Shown here one piece after another: positions 45,584 to 58,775 of a stretch of DNA of 64,000 nt; within the stretch, counting starts at the first letter, position 1; each line of letters opens with the position of its first letter. Below the pieces are notes generated by a model. The model saw nothing but the letters and a program-made list of their open reading frames with translations, was not told the origin of the DNA and did not search any database. The stretch spans positions 3,224,001 through 3,288,000 of the forward strand of contig OX597821.1 in the NCBI GenBank assembly GCA_951406725.2, in the 5' to 3' direction. Both the position numbers and the translations under genes were made by a program. The stretch is from Octopus vulgaris. Lineage: Eukaryota.

Positions 45584-45746
45584 TTGGGGGAAATTTCGAA
45601 CCTGGGTTCTAATTCTTAAGGTATTTTTCGATGTTATTATTATTATTAGTAGTAGTATTCAGGTCACTGCTTGGAATCGAAATCGGAATTTTGTGGTTAT
45701 TAGTCCGTGCTCTTAACCACTACACCATATGCCTACGGGCATACTG

Positions 45747-45829
<83 letters not shown>

Positions 45830-45876
45830 GTTGCTGCTTCTACTACACTGCTACTACTACTACTACTACTTCTACA

Positions 45877-45970
<94 letters not shown>

Positions 45971-46017
45971 TCGAAAAATACATTAGAAATGAGAACACAG
46001 GTTCGAAATCTCCTCAA

Positions 46018-46063
46018 GACACCTGAAGAAGGATTCAGGGTATATCAGCCGAAACGTTGTGTT
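46018..46063 (+). ncRNA. Minimal type I hammerhead ribozyme motif with weakened helix II
   Basis: gacac CTGAAGA A GGATT..CAGCC GAAA CG TT gtgtt. Confidence 0.75.
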
Positions 46064-48742
46064 AACAACAAACAAGATGAGGACAAATATTCGTCGAATG
46101 CAAATAATATAAATAATGTACATAATTTCTCATCTCTTAAATATAGAACTGTATTACTTTTTGTTTCTTCTTCAAAAGAAAGCAGAAAACACACAAGAGA
46201 CGTGGACTGAAGCGATATTAACGAGGCGAGAGGGGATGTAACTTCAATAGAAAGTGTAACGATATCCAAAACTACGATGAACATTTGCCTCCGGTGTAAT
46301 GTGGATGAAATGCATTATGTAATCATTTCAGAGTAATGTCTACATTACTAGAAATGCTGCATGAGTCCTTCGCAAAGCTCTGTTAATATGGATTGAATAG
46401 CATCAGATTAGAGTGGAAAAATTTCGCATATCAAACCTGAAATACCGATTAAAAAACATTCTGCCCAAAGTTAAATCGAAAACATCCTAGATTCGGTTAC
46501 ATATTCAAAGCTTCACTCCTGAAATTACCAAAAGCATACAAGGAAAGATAAATATGAAATAATTCCAAACTAAATGAAATAAACATGAAGCTAGTAATCG
46601 CATTGTCACTTGCTGTATTTTCTAATGAAAGAGAGAACATGTTGCGAGGCATGATAAAGTTGGGACTAAGCACAGTTCAGTAAATGTCGCAGAGCTGAGA
46701 ATGATAACTGTAATATATTCTGTGGTAAGTGAAGCCATGACACAACAGGATCATATTTACTAGTCTGATAGGCTTGTAACATTTGAACAGTACCTCCGTT
46801 CCCCTTCGGAATAAAACATAATTCATCTTCAAAATAATGGAGGTTATATTGAAATATGATCGAAAAGTAGGGACCGTCATTATGAGGAACGGAGGTGGAG
46901 ATGATTCCTATAACAATAGATGCCATGCCTGGGGCCTGGTTAAAGTACTTGAAGTCAAATTGTTTAGCAGAACTATGTCCAATATAAAACACATATCACA
47001 ATTGAAATAGGATATTAGATAGCGTACTAAGGCGGTGAGTCGGCAAAATCGTTAGCATGCCAGACAAAATGCTTGGCGTCATTTCGTTCGTCTTTAAGTT
47101 CAAGTGTTCGAATTCATCGTCTCGAGGTCGATAAAATAAGTAACAGTTGAGCACTGGGGTCAATGTGATCAAAACCCGTTCTACTCCGAACATGATGGTC
47201 TTGTGCCAAAATTTGAAACCGATATATCATAGAGTACTAATATGACAAGAATTAGAATATCAAAGCTAAAATATCTACACCTTCCGAAGGGGAATATGCC
47301 AGCACTCTGTTGCTCAGAGAAATAACGCGATAAAGATATTAATTCATTAATGTTTTTGATGGACGTTGAAGAAAATATAGACTACGTTACAAAGGCATAT
47401 TTAGAAGCAGTGAATAATATTTTCTCTAGGAAAATAGAAGTAAAAAAAAAATAGAAGAAAATCAGTTTTGATGAGTTGAAAATGTATAAACTGAAAAATG
47501 TGTTGCCGAAAGGTGAGAGATTAACCTTAGGAAAAACAAAGGTTTGCAAAGGCATCTAGATGTTCGTCGACTGTATGGCAATTGCTTTCATGAGTTATAG
47601 CATTAAAACGATGATTCAGAGGGATCTTTTCAGAGAGTCGTAGCAAACAGATCCGCTCTCACCAACATAACTGAAAGTACGGTATTTAGTACAACATTAA
47701 GAGAAATAATTAAATCTTTTTTCTGCTATGAGTTAGATTGTATGACGTGGCGATAAGCCAAATTTATCAAAATTCTTTTTAGCTGACTTGCTCTGCCACA
47801 CCACATACGTTTGTACAACATAAACAACGCTATGCATTGTTTTTTTCTAATTTTTAGCTTTAAAGTTGAAGTTTTGTGTTAGACAAAGATTAAATAGCGA
47901 TTTAATGCGTTTTAATATAATTGTCATCCATCATATCAAGTTAATGGTTTACATCATCGTCTAAATATGATATGAAAAGAAATATTCGAATTAAATAAGA
48001 GAACGCTATTCTTATGTCTTCAAATATATTAGCGTAAACAATTATTTTCATAAATATATTTCTATCACATAGACACGAAGGACATTGAACTTATAAATGT
48101 AACAACATAACAAACCAATCAAATCGGAACAAGAAAAAACAGATTGTATTACAAATATAGATCCATTCCCCACAAAAAAAATCGAATGCAATGAATTTTA
48201 TGTTTTCTCATAATAACTGTTTTTGGACACGAATAACATTCAGAATTCAATAGAGCAAGCCGTAATTTGAATCCTGCGGAACTAATGTATTTTAAACGAC
48301 CATTAACGTTAAGAACGAGTACATGATATAGCTTTATAAATACATTCAACTGTGTTATTTTATTGTACCGTTTTGAGGCTTGTGCACTAAATGTTACTCC
48401 ATTGCAAGCTCAAAATCACTGCCGTGACCATAAGGTATAATATTTGTGTCTTCCATTTACAGAAAAGTAAATTATTGTTCTAAGCAAGGAAGGAATTTTT
48501 TTCACTTTGAAATTAATCTACGACATAGCAAATATTACTAAACATATTACTTTAAATATTTCTGGTCATAACTATAGACTCGAATATACTTATAATAATA
48601 ACCCCATCTCCTGATACTTGTTGGTCCCCACTTCTAATCCTTTGAGCACCCTTCCTAACATTTTATGTAGTTTTCTTACCCCATGTTTCAAAGGCAGCCT
48701 TAAAATCAGCAATATATATATATTTATTTTTAATTTGGAGCC

Positions 48743-49497
48743 TTGAGTGATATCGACTTGAATACTCATCATTATTTTATTTTCTTATTGTGTCTCGGAT
48801 CTAGCCTCAACCCAACACCGTTTTTAGCATCATTCTCTTGCATTTTGTGTCTGAATAATTGTGCATCTGTCCGACGCTGGTTAACATACGTCATCCAACT
48901 TCCTCTTCTCCCTACCGCTTTTAACACTGACCACTACTCTTTTGTTTCTCTCCTTGACAGAAATTCATTCCATAATTACCCTAATACTACTAACAGGCAT
49001 TACACTTCAGTTTGTTCGCTTCGTTACCAGTCGTTCCACACCTTTGAAGAAACTGTGACTGGAAGATCAATCTTTTAGAAATCTGAAAGTAACCGAAAAT
49101 ATTTTGTCTTCCAAGTTGTTAATTTAACTGTAGGCCCATAAAGATAAAAACCAAATCTAATATGGGTGTAATTTGAACGATGTGGGTCAAATCAAACCAC
49201 AATATTTGTACAGTATATGTTCATTAATTTGTAAAATCAGAGCTGATATGTTAACAACACATTATAGACCGACTTAAACGGGACAAAATATAATTATTTT
49301 ATTTCAAATAAAAATTATATAGTGTACGTATGCGTTTATTAAACTTGGAATCATATTGTTAAGGGCATTTTCACGACAATGATCAAATGAATATATTTTC
49401 TGAATTTGTAGTTGTAATACGGTGTTGGGTTGAGGCTAGGTCCGAGACACAATAAGAAAAGAAAATAATGATGAGTATTCAAGCCGATATCACTCAA
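48743..49497. mobile_element. MITE-like element with about 79-bp terminal inverted repeats
   Basis: 48743-48821 pairs with 49419-49497 with few mismatches; no clear TSD. Confidence 0.75.
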
Positions 49498-50089
49498 TTG
49501 GCAGGATTATCCGGTGTTACTCGGGTTACCGCTGTTGTTGTTCAAATTAGTAAACAATAATTATTAAGAAATATTTTTTCTCATAATTATTTTAATATAT
49601 GTACATTTTATTAAAAAATATCCAAATCGTAATGAAAATAGAATTTCGAACTGAAAACTCTGTCAATCTTGAAGCACCTTACGGTAAACAATATTAATTG
49701 TGTAAGTTTTACCCCAAGGAATCGAACATCAATGTTGATACCCGGAAAATATGACAGACATTTTTTCCGAAAGATCTACTAACCTGAAAATTATCATAAA
49801 ATAGAGCAAAAGATATCTGAATAATAAATCATTATATGAACTGATTAATCACAAAGTAGAGACGTTGTACAACATTAAGAAGAACAACTTTAGAAAGATT
49901 GCTTTGCAGTAAGCTTCCTCTTCTTTATGCACATAGCTCAAATTACACCAATATTAGTTTTAGTTTTCATTCTTTATGGGCCCACAGTTGTTACTCATGT
50001 TACCGGTGTTCTTATTCAAATTAGCAAACAATAATTTTGAAGATATATATAAATGAAGATGTATATATATGTAAATGAATATATATAAA

Positions 50090-50252
<163 letters not shown>

Positions 50253-50719
50253 CAGTTCTATATTTTGATCGATTCCTCACTTCTCGCATTGTCTGTTCAT
50301 CTTTCACTTTTGCAAGATTGTAACTGTTTAAAAATCTGGTGAGTAATAATGTCAAACAGAAATCAAAAGCATCCAAACTCGTCTTCTTCCACAATGGACA
50401 GTCATGTGTTACAAGTCCATCAAGGCTATCAGGTTATGGATCACAAAGTCAAATATAGATATTTACATACACACATAGATCACGCTGGCGTGCACAAAGT
50501 AATTCTACTTGGGAACATATCGAGGCATGCATACGAAGTGATGTATACATATTTGTGCATGCACTTTGAGAAGCTTCTTAAACATATATCGCTGCGTATC
50601 TTCCCTTCTTCACACGACAGTAGTGTTTTGATAATTACAGAATGTCCGGTAATATATCCTTTAGATTGATGTATATATTATATATTTGGATTCATACACA
50701 CATGTACATGCACATGTAT

Positions 50720-50787
<68 letters not shown>

Positions 50788-50830
50788 ATATATATATATA
50801 TATATACATATATATATGCATATATATATA

Positions 50831-50874
<44 letters not shown>

Positions 50875-50942
50875 TATATATATGCATATATATATGCATA
50901 TATATGTATTTATATATATATATATATGCATATATATATATA

Positions 50943-50974
<32 letters not shown>

Positions 50975-51630
50975 CTTACTAATGACACACATACACACTT
51001 ACATATAAGCGGGTATGTGATGAGATAAACAAGCACAAACGTATATTCAGTTCATTTTCCACTTTACGTTTATTGTTTGTTTATTATTGATATCATTCTT
51101 GCCGTTATGTATTATGTGATATAAACATTTATGTCAACATCATTATTATCACGGTCATTATTATTATCATTATTATTATAATTATTATTTTTAATATCAT
51201 CATCATCATCATCATCATCATCATCTTAACTGTTTGTATTCAATTTCTCATTGTTATAAATTTATATTCACATCGATCTGAATACGAGAAAACTATGGCA
51301 AATACACAAAGCTTCTATTTTCCAAAATGCAAATCAATGCAAAATATCTATCGAAATTTGAGTTCTTTCATGTGCACACACATTTGTTTTTCAATTTCTT
51401 GTCTTGCAAATGGATTTCATATTGTCCTATTCCTGTCTTTCAGCAAATAATGAGCGATTTTACTATTTGTTTTGTTCCTCCAGTTTCCTTCCAGCCAACT
51501 ATAGAGAAATTTTAAGCGTTGACAACAAAGAAAATAACCCCTATGCAATGCGTAATTGTAGCAATTATGGTTTGCATTCCGAAATATCTAGACAATTTTG
51601 ATTTCCTTTAAGACCGGATTGTAAATTGTC

Positions 51631-51676
<46 letters not shown>

Positions 51677-52158
51677 TTGTGTGTGTGTGTGTGTATGTGT
51701 TTGAGTGCGTGTGAGTGTGTGTGAGTGAGTATTTCTATAACTTACCGTAACGTAATATAACGCATGGGCTAGAGTATAAAATTGTAGGCTTTTAATTTCC
51801 TGTGTAGCTAATAGTCTTGATGCAAAATTCTTCCATTTATTTCTTTCTTCGTTCTGAAAACATTTGGGAAATTACGATGCTCTGAATGTTTTTCTCTTTT
51901 AGAGATAACGTAGTTTCATGTAGAAAGTTTGGTAAATGTCGACGTAGTTGGCAACTACGCGTCTTTTAATGGCACTATGATTATCAACTACCATTTCACA
52001 ATCTATTTTCGAATTTTAAGCCAAGAGTCATATAGAACAATAGATTATCTGGCTTCCATAAACGTTATGAATATGGATACACACACACACACACACATAT
52101 ATGAGTGTGTGTGTGTGTGTGTGTGTGTACAGGTGTATGTAGATATATTGATAGGTAC

Positions 52159-52206
<48 letters not shown>

Positions 52207-52435
52207 TTAGCTCAACACACATACATATATACATATAAATGGCGGTTAGAATGACTTGAAGTATAAGAGGTTATATTTGTTGCAAAATTGACATATATAT
52301 TTATATACAAACAGATAGTATGATATGTTGTAAAAATTGATTTGAATCGCAATAGATTATATTTTAACTAAATCGAATATCAAAATCAACAAAGAATATA
52401 TCTGAGACGTAATATTGAAAATATATTTAATTCTG

Positions 52436-52773
52436 TAACCAATATCACAATGTTTGTTTACTTATTTCAAATAATAATGTATTCGTAAATCTGTATGTTT
52501 AAGTGTGTTTGTATAAATATTTCGAGATTGTGCTTGCTTTCCGATCACGTAATATACACCAATACATACATATTTATATTTTTATGTGTTTACGCTCATA
52601 TGTATATAGAAATTAAATTCTGTGCACACACACACACTCACATATTTATTATATGTAGAACCTGTATATGAATATATTTCATACATTTATTTGTATATAC
52701 ATAAATGTGATACATCTTTATGTATGCATTAACACGCACACACACAGAGGCACCCCACCGATATATATATTGA

Positions 52774-52819
<46 letters not shown>

Positions 52820-53976
52820 TATATAAATATATACACACAGATACACACACGAAAAAATATGTGTGTGTGTGTGTGTGTGCGTGTGTATAGCATGAACTAC
52901 ATCGTGTATAGTCTTAGAAACGCAACACTAAAATATATTTCATTGTAAAACATGTTTTGAGCTATAACCAATAAAATGGCAAAAATATAAATATATATAA
53001 AAAATTGAAACTAAAATTTAGGAAAATATTACTTTTGATCGAATCAGGAAAAAGTAACTGAAATTTTATAAATAAAACAAACTGCTTGTGGTGTGAGGTA
53101 AACTGCAAATGTTTAAAGCCATATACTTTTATTCCTAAATAGAAGCATTATAGCATGTTAATAGTTATTACATTTCGGATGTCCACCAGTGAATATATGT
53201 TATAATTTTACATTCTGTTTTACATGTTTCACTTATTTGTTCTATGACAGCGCTTCCCAACCGCTATGCCACAGCGCACTGGAATGCCTCGACATGATAA
53301 CAGGTGGGCCGCAGTGTAATTTGAATTTATTCTCCCTATAATCGATGTTACATTTTAGGTTTCGGTTTTCCACCGAATTTTGAAACGAATATAAGTTAAC
53401 CGCAAGTGAAGAATTTTGCAGAACACTAGCTACGGTAATGTTTAGGCATCATGTTTCAGAGTTTATTCAAACTAAGTGATCCCAATCTTTACATGTGTTC
53501 TGGCAAACATTTAAAGATTTGGTATGACTCCTTTTTTAATGTAGAGCTTCATGTGTTGGTGAACAATCAAATGCATCGCAGAGCTTAAAATTATATGTGT
53601 AGTTGAGAAAAGTGAACTGATACAGAGGGATAAAAGCCGTGAAAATATTGGAAAGAGTGACATGTATCATGATAATTCGCACCAGTAACAAAATACCAAC
53701 ACCACGACTGCTGGTTATGCTCTGTGAACGATGTAAAGGCTATAAGATATAACATGGGCAACTGCTTCGGAAACTACAAAACGATGGCCACCAGGAACGG
53801 ATGCAACAGGATGAGAATGTAATGCAAATCTCGAGCAAAGGAATCTGACGTTGGCGTTAGAGATAGATAACCAATGTCACAATGTTTACTTATTTCAAAT
53901 AATAATGTATTCCTAAATATGTATGTTTAAGTGTGTTTCTATAAATATTTCGACATTGCTTTTGCTTTCCGATCAC
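52436..53976 (+). repeat. Pair of about 110-bp direct repeats (52436-52548 and 53868-53976)
   Basis: 'taaccaat.tcacaatgttt..acttatttcaaataataatgtattc...gctttccgatcac' occurs twice. Confidence 0.85.
53248..53320 (+). mobile_element. Possible hAT (Charlie-like) left-end remnant
   Basis: CAGCGCTTCCCAACC start followed by degenerate GCCGC/GCAC subterminal motifs; no partner end found. Confidence 0.35.
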
Positions 53977-54248
53977 ACGTATTATATTTCTACGTGTTTA
54001 CGTGTTTACTACAATGAAGCTATCACTCATACAAAAGGTGTAAGGAACAAATTGTGACAGGCAAGACCAAAGAAAAACCGGGCATGATGTGGAAACTAAC
54101 TTGGTCAATAGAAAATCCTTCTGTTTTTCTGTCTGTCGTGCAAGTGCTCCTGGCAGAATTTCTTTCCATCTGAGAAAGAGGAGCCTTGGATTCTTCCGGA
54201 GGTTCTTCTTCAAGTCAAGACTCCAAGTCTTCTTCACGTCAATCTGCA

Positions 54249-54500
54249 AGGGAAGCTCACCGCCATCAATTTCTTGTGTAGGGAGTTCACAGTGAAAAAA
54301 TTTCACCATGAAGAAACCGCAAGGAAAGCATCATCCTCAATTCATGATTTTCTTTTTCAATAAAAGATGTTTTAACTATTAATAGTGAGATAGGAGAATT
54401 ATAATTTCTCGGTAAACATTTCTCTCGGTGAGCTTTTCTCATGGTACACTTTCTTCATGTTGAAATGTTTTCACGGTGATTGATGGCGGTGAACTTACCT
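54249..54500. mobile_element. MITE with terminal and subterminal inverted repeats
   Basis: 'gggaagctcaccgccatcaat' pairs with 'attgatggcggtgaacttacc'; 'cacagtgaaaaaatttcaccatgaagaaa' pairs with 'tttcttcatgttgaaatgttttcacggtg'. Confidence 0.75.
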
Positions 54501-54584
54501 GTAATCCTCCCACGGACCATGAAACCTGAGAGTGTATTTAGGGCAACATTATTTAGTTTATTATTATAGAATACACGTTATTGA

Positions 54585-54925
54585 ATAGGGCCTTACATCC
54601 AATTCAGAAGTCTATGTGATGCTACTGGAGACTCTGTTCAAACCTTGGCTATAGAGAATTGCTGCTACGTCATATGAATGGCAGCAAAATTAGCCGGCTC
54701 CGGAAAGAATCAGGGGTGGTTGTAAGATAATTCCAATGGTATCGTGACCCTCAATTTCTGACCTAAATTTCCCGATTGAAATCTTTTGAATTGTTACGGG
54801 CTGGCCGCTCTGTTGCCGCCCCAAGACTGAGATACTGGTGAAGATCAAAGAGGTGACCAAAGATATTTCGAGACTCTATGGAGAATGCATACACCAGGCT
54901 CCGGAAACGACTTTGAGTAAGCAGT
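54585..54925 (+). pseudogene. Decayed Tc1/mariner (maT-like) transposase catalytic-domain fragment
   Basis: NSEVYVMLLETLFKPWL*RIAA..YEWQQN*PA..SGKNQGWL*DN...F*PKFPD*N, corresponding to the WQQD.AP and WPP.SPD.NP motifs, with stops. Confidence 0.7.
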
Positions 54926-55141
54926 TATCTCTCTGCTGTAACATATTTGATGGCTTTCGATTTTTTTAAATACTTTACTTTGAGATTGTATGTTTTCTTT
55001 TCGTATATGTGACACCCGGTTTTCCATACAGTTTCCATCTATCAAATTTAATTAGAAGGACCTGAATGGTCCTACGATACAGTAAAAGTCACTTAAGGAT
55101 TTCGCGAAAAGTCACTTATCCATGGTATCGCCGCTCAGGGA

Positions 55142-55144
<3 letters not shown>

Positions 55145-55199
<55 letters not shown>

Positions 55200-55469
55200 T
55201 CAGTAGTTTTATTTTTATAGCGTGCTTTCACTTCCCTACCGGTGGGTATGTGCTGTGATTTGTTGTGATGCTCTGATGGTTATTGTATGGAAAGTGTTCT
55301 GCGTAGGATGTGTGCAGTGCCTAGTAGTGCAATTTTCTGTATGTTATATGTGTTTGTAAGTCATGGTGTTTTTGTTATGTATTTGTCTGAATATTTTTTA
55401 TCATGCCTAATGCACCTACTATGATAGGAATTGTTTCTGTTTTCAGATTCCACATTCTAGTTACCTCTA

Positions 55470-55470
<1 letters not shown>
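55145..55470 (-). mobile_element. 3' end of an R4/Dong-like LINE embedded in (TAA)n
   Basis: TRMWNLKTETIPIIVGALGMIK...NIQKIALLGTAHILRRTLSIQ*; (TAA)n on both sides. Confidence 0.85.
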
Positions 55471-55526
<56 letters not shown>

Positions 55527-55640
55527 ATGATTATTATGCTCAAATACAATACCTGTTGAATGAATACAATAAAATCACTAGTAAATATCACATACATATA
55601 TACGTACATACATGCTTCCATACATACATACATACATAAT

Positions 55641-55725
<85 letters not shown>

Positions 55726-56211
55726 TAAAACCCTGCATGTATCAGCCTGATGCAAACATACTAGAGAACAGGAATGTGAAAAAGAATAGTGATATATGTC
55801 ATTCTCCGAGAAATGCAAGAAATGAAGTATAATCTTCAAAATATGAGAACAAGACCACAAATGCGAAAAATGCTGAAACAGACAAGTTGATTTCCTGCTA
55901 CGCTTTATGGGATGTTAGATACCAAATATGATGATGTTTAATCCACATAACCCGTGAGATGAATATTATTATATAAAATCCTAGTTATTTAGTACGTTAT
56001 TTGAGTCTTTTTTAAGACTGAAATTGCATTGAGAAATTAATAATCTTTGAAATTAAATCCTCTTAAATTTAAGAATTTTTAACTATTGGAGACGCATTTT
56101 ATTACAATTCAGAATATAAATTATTTCATTTAAAATATGTTGTATGCATAAGCATTTCAATACACAGTTCCTTAGGAAATTCAATGTAGCTTATAATCGC
56201 GCAGGCTCTTA

Positions 56212-56278
<67 letters not shown>

Positions 56279-56715
56279 TGTATATATACAGATACTGAGT
56301 GAGTGAAAGAGAGAAATTTAACTTGAGAGCAAACGAGGCAAAATGGTTGTCTTAAAACTTGACGGAATTAAAATTGGTTTTGCTACGAATTAAACAAAGG
56401 GAAACTACGCTTAATAGATAACGTATACGTAAGCATGTTTATCTTGTGATACGTGTCTTCACCTTGATTAGATGTCACAATGCCTGAATGATTCGCATTA
56501 TGCCTTCTACACGTTTTAACCGATGAGCTGCACTTGATACAAAATTTAGACATCGTTGATCTGCATAGCCCCAGTTCACTTTATTAAAAGGAATAACATA
56601 ATAATATGTTTCTATCCGTGTATACCTTATATATATATATTAATTAATAAAATGAATAGGTTATACCTGGTATCTTACTGGTAAAGTACAGTCACTTTAA
56701 ACATTAGTGTTCGTT

Positions 56716-56838
56716 GTGTACATGGTAAATGAAAGACGAAAGACGTGAGGTAGCGATTCCAGGTGTGTCGAAACATTTGTAGTGATTAATAAAAATTCTC
56801 ATACCTTCTATCTTCCGTCTTTCATATACCATATATAC
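56716..56838. repeat. Short imperfect fold-back with about 37-bp arms
   Basis: 'gtacatggtaaatgaaagacgaaagacgtgaggta' pairs with 'taccttctatcttccgtctttcatataccatatat'. Confidence 0.7.
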
Positions 56839-56865
56839 AAATACACACAAGTATATATATATTCA

Positions 56866-57257
56866 TGTATTTGGAGATGGTCATGTAGTCAGTTTAACCA
56901 ATGAAATCACACGCACTATACATTTGGTGTTCACTTGCTTCAAGGTTATTTTATATTAATTGTATTTCGGCCAGACTTCTATTATCACACTTCTATGACC
57001 TCATCAGTGGTCCTTTCCTTTTTTCGTTCTTTTTCTGGTTTCTCCTGACTAACGATCTGCCAATGGCACTGATGATGTTACGGAAGTGTGACGAAAGAAC
57101 TCTGGTCGAAGTACAATTAATATAAAATAAAGCTGAAGTAAGTGAACACCCAATATATAGTGCGTGTGTTTTTATTGGATAAACTGATAAACTGTCTATC
57201 CCCAAATACAAAAATATCTGTTTCAACACACGAATTCACATCAAGAATCTTTCAAAA

Positions 57258-57262
<5 letters not shown>
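56866..57262. mobile_element. Hammerhead-bearing fold-back element (HHR family 2)
   Basis: Minus arm 56866-57064 contains a decayed HHR at 56966-57013; plus arm 57067-57262; homologous to 15975-16385. Confidence 0.85.
57067..57107 (+). ncRNA. Minimal type I hammerhead motif with intact core and 5' strand of helix I truncated by the inversion junction
   Basis: ca CTGATGA T GTTAC-ggaagt-GTGAC GAAA G-AA-C TC tggtc. Confidence 0.75.
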
Positions 57263-57297
<35 letters not shown>

Positions 57298-57398
57298 GGA
57301 GTAAACACATAAATGTGAAACAATGTGGAAATAAGAGTACTCAAATACCAGTGGTAAAGTAATATGCTTTATTTAAAGCAGCAGAAAATCAACAAAAC

Positions 57399-57436
57399 CT
57401 GTTACTCTGAGTTTCCAGTTGCCGTTCATCGGACAG
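57399..57436 (-). ncRNA. Hammerhead-like motif with U4C core variant (CCGAUGA)
   Basis: ctgt CCGATGA A CGG-caa-CTG GAAA CTC-A-GAG TA acag; helices I and III pair fully; lies in a short element (57295-57440) flanked by (TA)n. Confidence 0.6.
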
Positions 57437-57471
57437 TTTTTATATATTTGTATGTATGCATGTGTATGTAT

Positions 57472-57689
57472 CCGAGAGGCTGCTAAAATGTTCCTCGCTT
57501 TAAGGATATCGAGAAAGGCCTGGCTTGAAGTCTAAAATGTCGAGTTCTTATACAAGGCTTAAAGAACGTGAAGGACCGCTGCAATAAGGGTGTGAATGTG
57601 AGAAGGGATTATGTTGAATAAAATCATAACTAACGAATTCTTCCGCATTTTCTTTTACTGAAAACAAGGTACTTTGCTGTACCCTTACG
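57472..57689 (+). mobile_element. Short internally deleted mariner-type element
   Basis: Degenerate (TA)CGAG.GG / CC.T.CG(TA) ends; residual C-terminus ..KDRCNKGVNVRRDYVE*. Confidence 0.6.
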
Positions 57690-57929
57690 TATATTTGTGT
57701 CTATATATACATGTATGCCCTATATAAGACAATGTAAAATTCCTTTTGTTGACCATTATTAGTTCGTTAGTGCCATTATAGCTCACCAATTTAAAACAAT
57801 TTATAACAGAAACATTTGACAAAGGTTATATTATGGTGATCACTTAAAGCTTCTCGTCCGCATAAACCGTTTTACTATTCAAACCACAATACAACACTCT
57901 TACATGAATTATGAACGATTATCTACTCC

Positions 57930-58225
57930 CAGTGAAAGCTCATAGCTTAGCGGTTAGTGTATTCGCCTCACGATTTTAAAGTCGTGAGTTCGGTTTCCGG
58001 GGGCGCGTTGTGTCCTTGATTATAACACTTTATTTCGCGACTGCCCCTGTCCACTCATCTGACAAAAATGAGTAGTGCCTCTATTTCAAAGGTCCAGCCT
58101 TATCCCATTCTGTGTCACACTCGCGTGACTGTGGAATGCTCAGCCACTTGCGCGTTAATTTCTCTTGTAGGCTATTTCGTTGATCGGATCTACTAGATCC
58201 CTTTTTGTCATAACCGACAGCGTGC
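57930..58225 (+). mobile_element. Degenerate tRNA-derived SINE, further family
   Basis: A-box-like 'tagcttagcggttag', B-box-like 'gagttcggtttcc', followed by a 'ttgtgtccttga....acacttta' core. Confidence 0.65.
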
Positions 58226-58775
58226 TAATCTACTCGCATTATTATATGATTACCGAGAAATGCATCCCATGCCTATTGCTGATATTATGCAGAGCAAAAA
58301 TGCTGTACGTATCCAGAAGATTCGAAGGTGTCATTTTCTCATCTATTTGAAATACAAGCGTGCAACATTTTATATCATTATTTGTACATGAGCAACAGTG
58401 ACCATGCACAATATCTGGAGTATTTAAGCCTTATATTTTCAATACAGTTGTGGATAGGCTTTACTGTGTACATACCTATGTCAATTTTCTTGGAACAAAT
58501 CCATAATAAATTATTATTCTACAAGTATCCTCAGATTTTCTAGCAAGTTACCCGAGAATACATTGTACAGTATGTTCTTTTCAGAAATCTTATGGCAGTA
58601 GAGGGTTATATAAGAAAACTTTCGACTGTTATGTCTAGACAACTTTGTAAATAAGGAGCTGGCGTCAGGTTTTAGATCAAATAATCTTCCTTATTCATGA
58701 ATTCAAGTTGATCCTGTTACGCTGATAGATATATTAGCTACAAAAGTAATCAATGTCTGTTCGTATTTCACCTTT

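Larger units (their letters stand above)
45478..46152. mobile_element. Head-to-head inverted pair of a tRNA-headed, hammerhead-bearing short element (HHR family 1)
   Basis: 45478-45648 is the reverse complement of about 45955-46120; tRNA-like head at 45660-45740 (-) with TGGTGTAGTGG and TTCGATTCC boxes; central hairpin tatgcc-tacg-ggcata at 45728-45743. Confidence 0.85.

Noticed and set aside
45660-45740. Possible tRNA gene (also 8869-8942, 2085-2154, 26245-26316)
   Set aside because: No complete cloverleaf or terminator; these are heads of dispersed repeats.
46666-46992. 108-aa complex-sequence ORF on the minus strand
   Set aside because: Non-ATG start, no recognisable motif, and a length attainable by chance.
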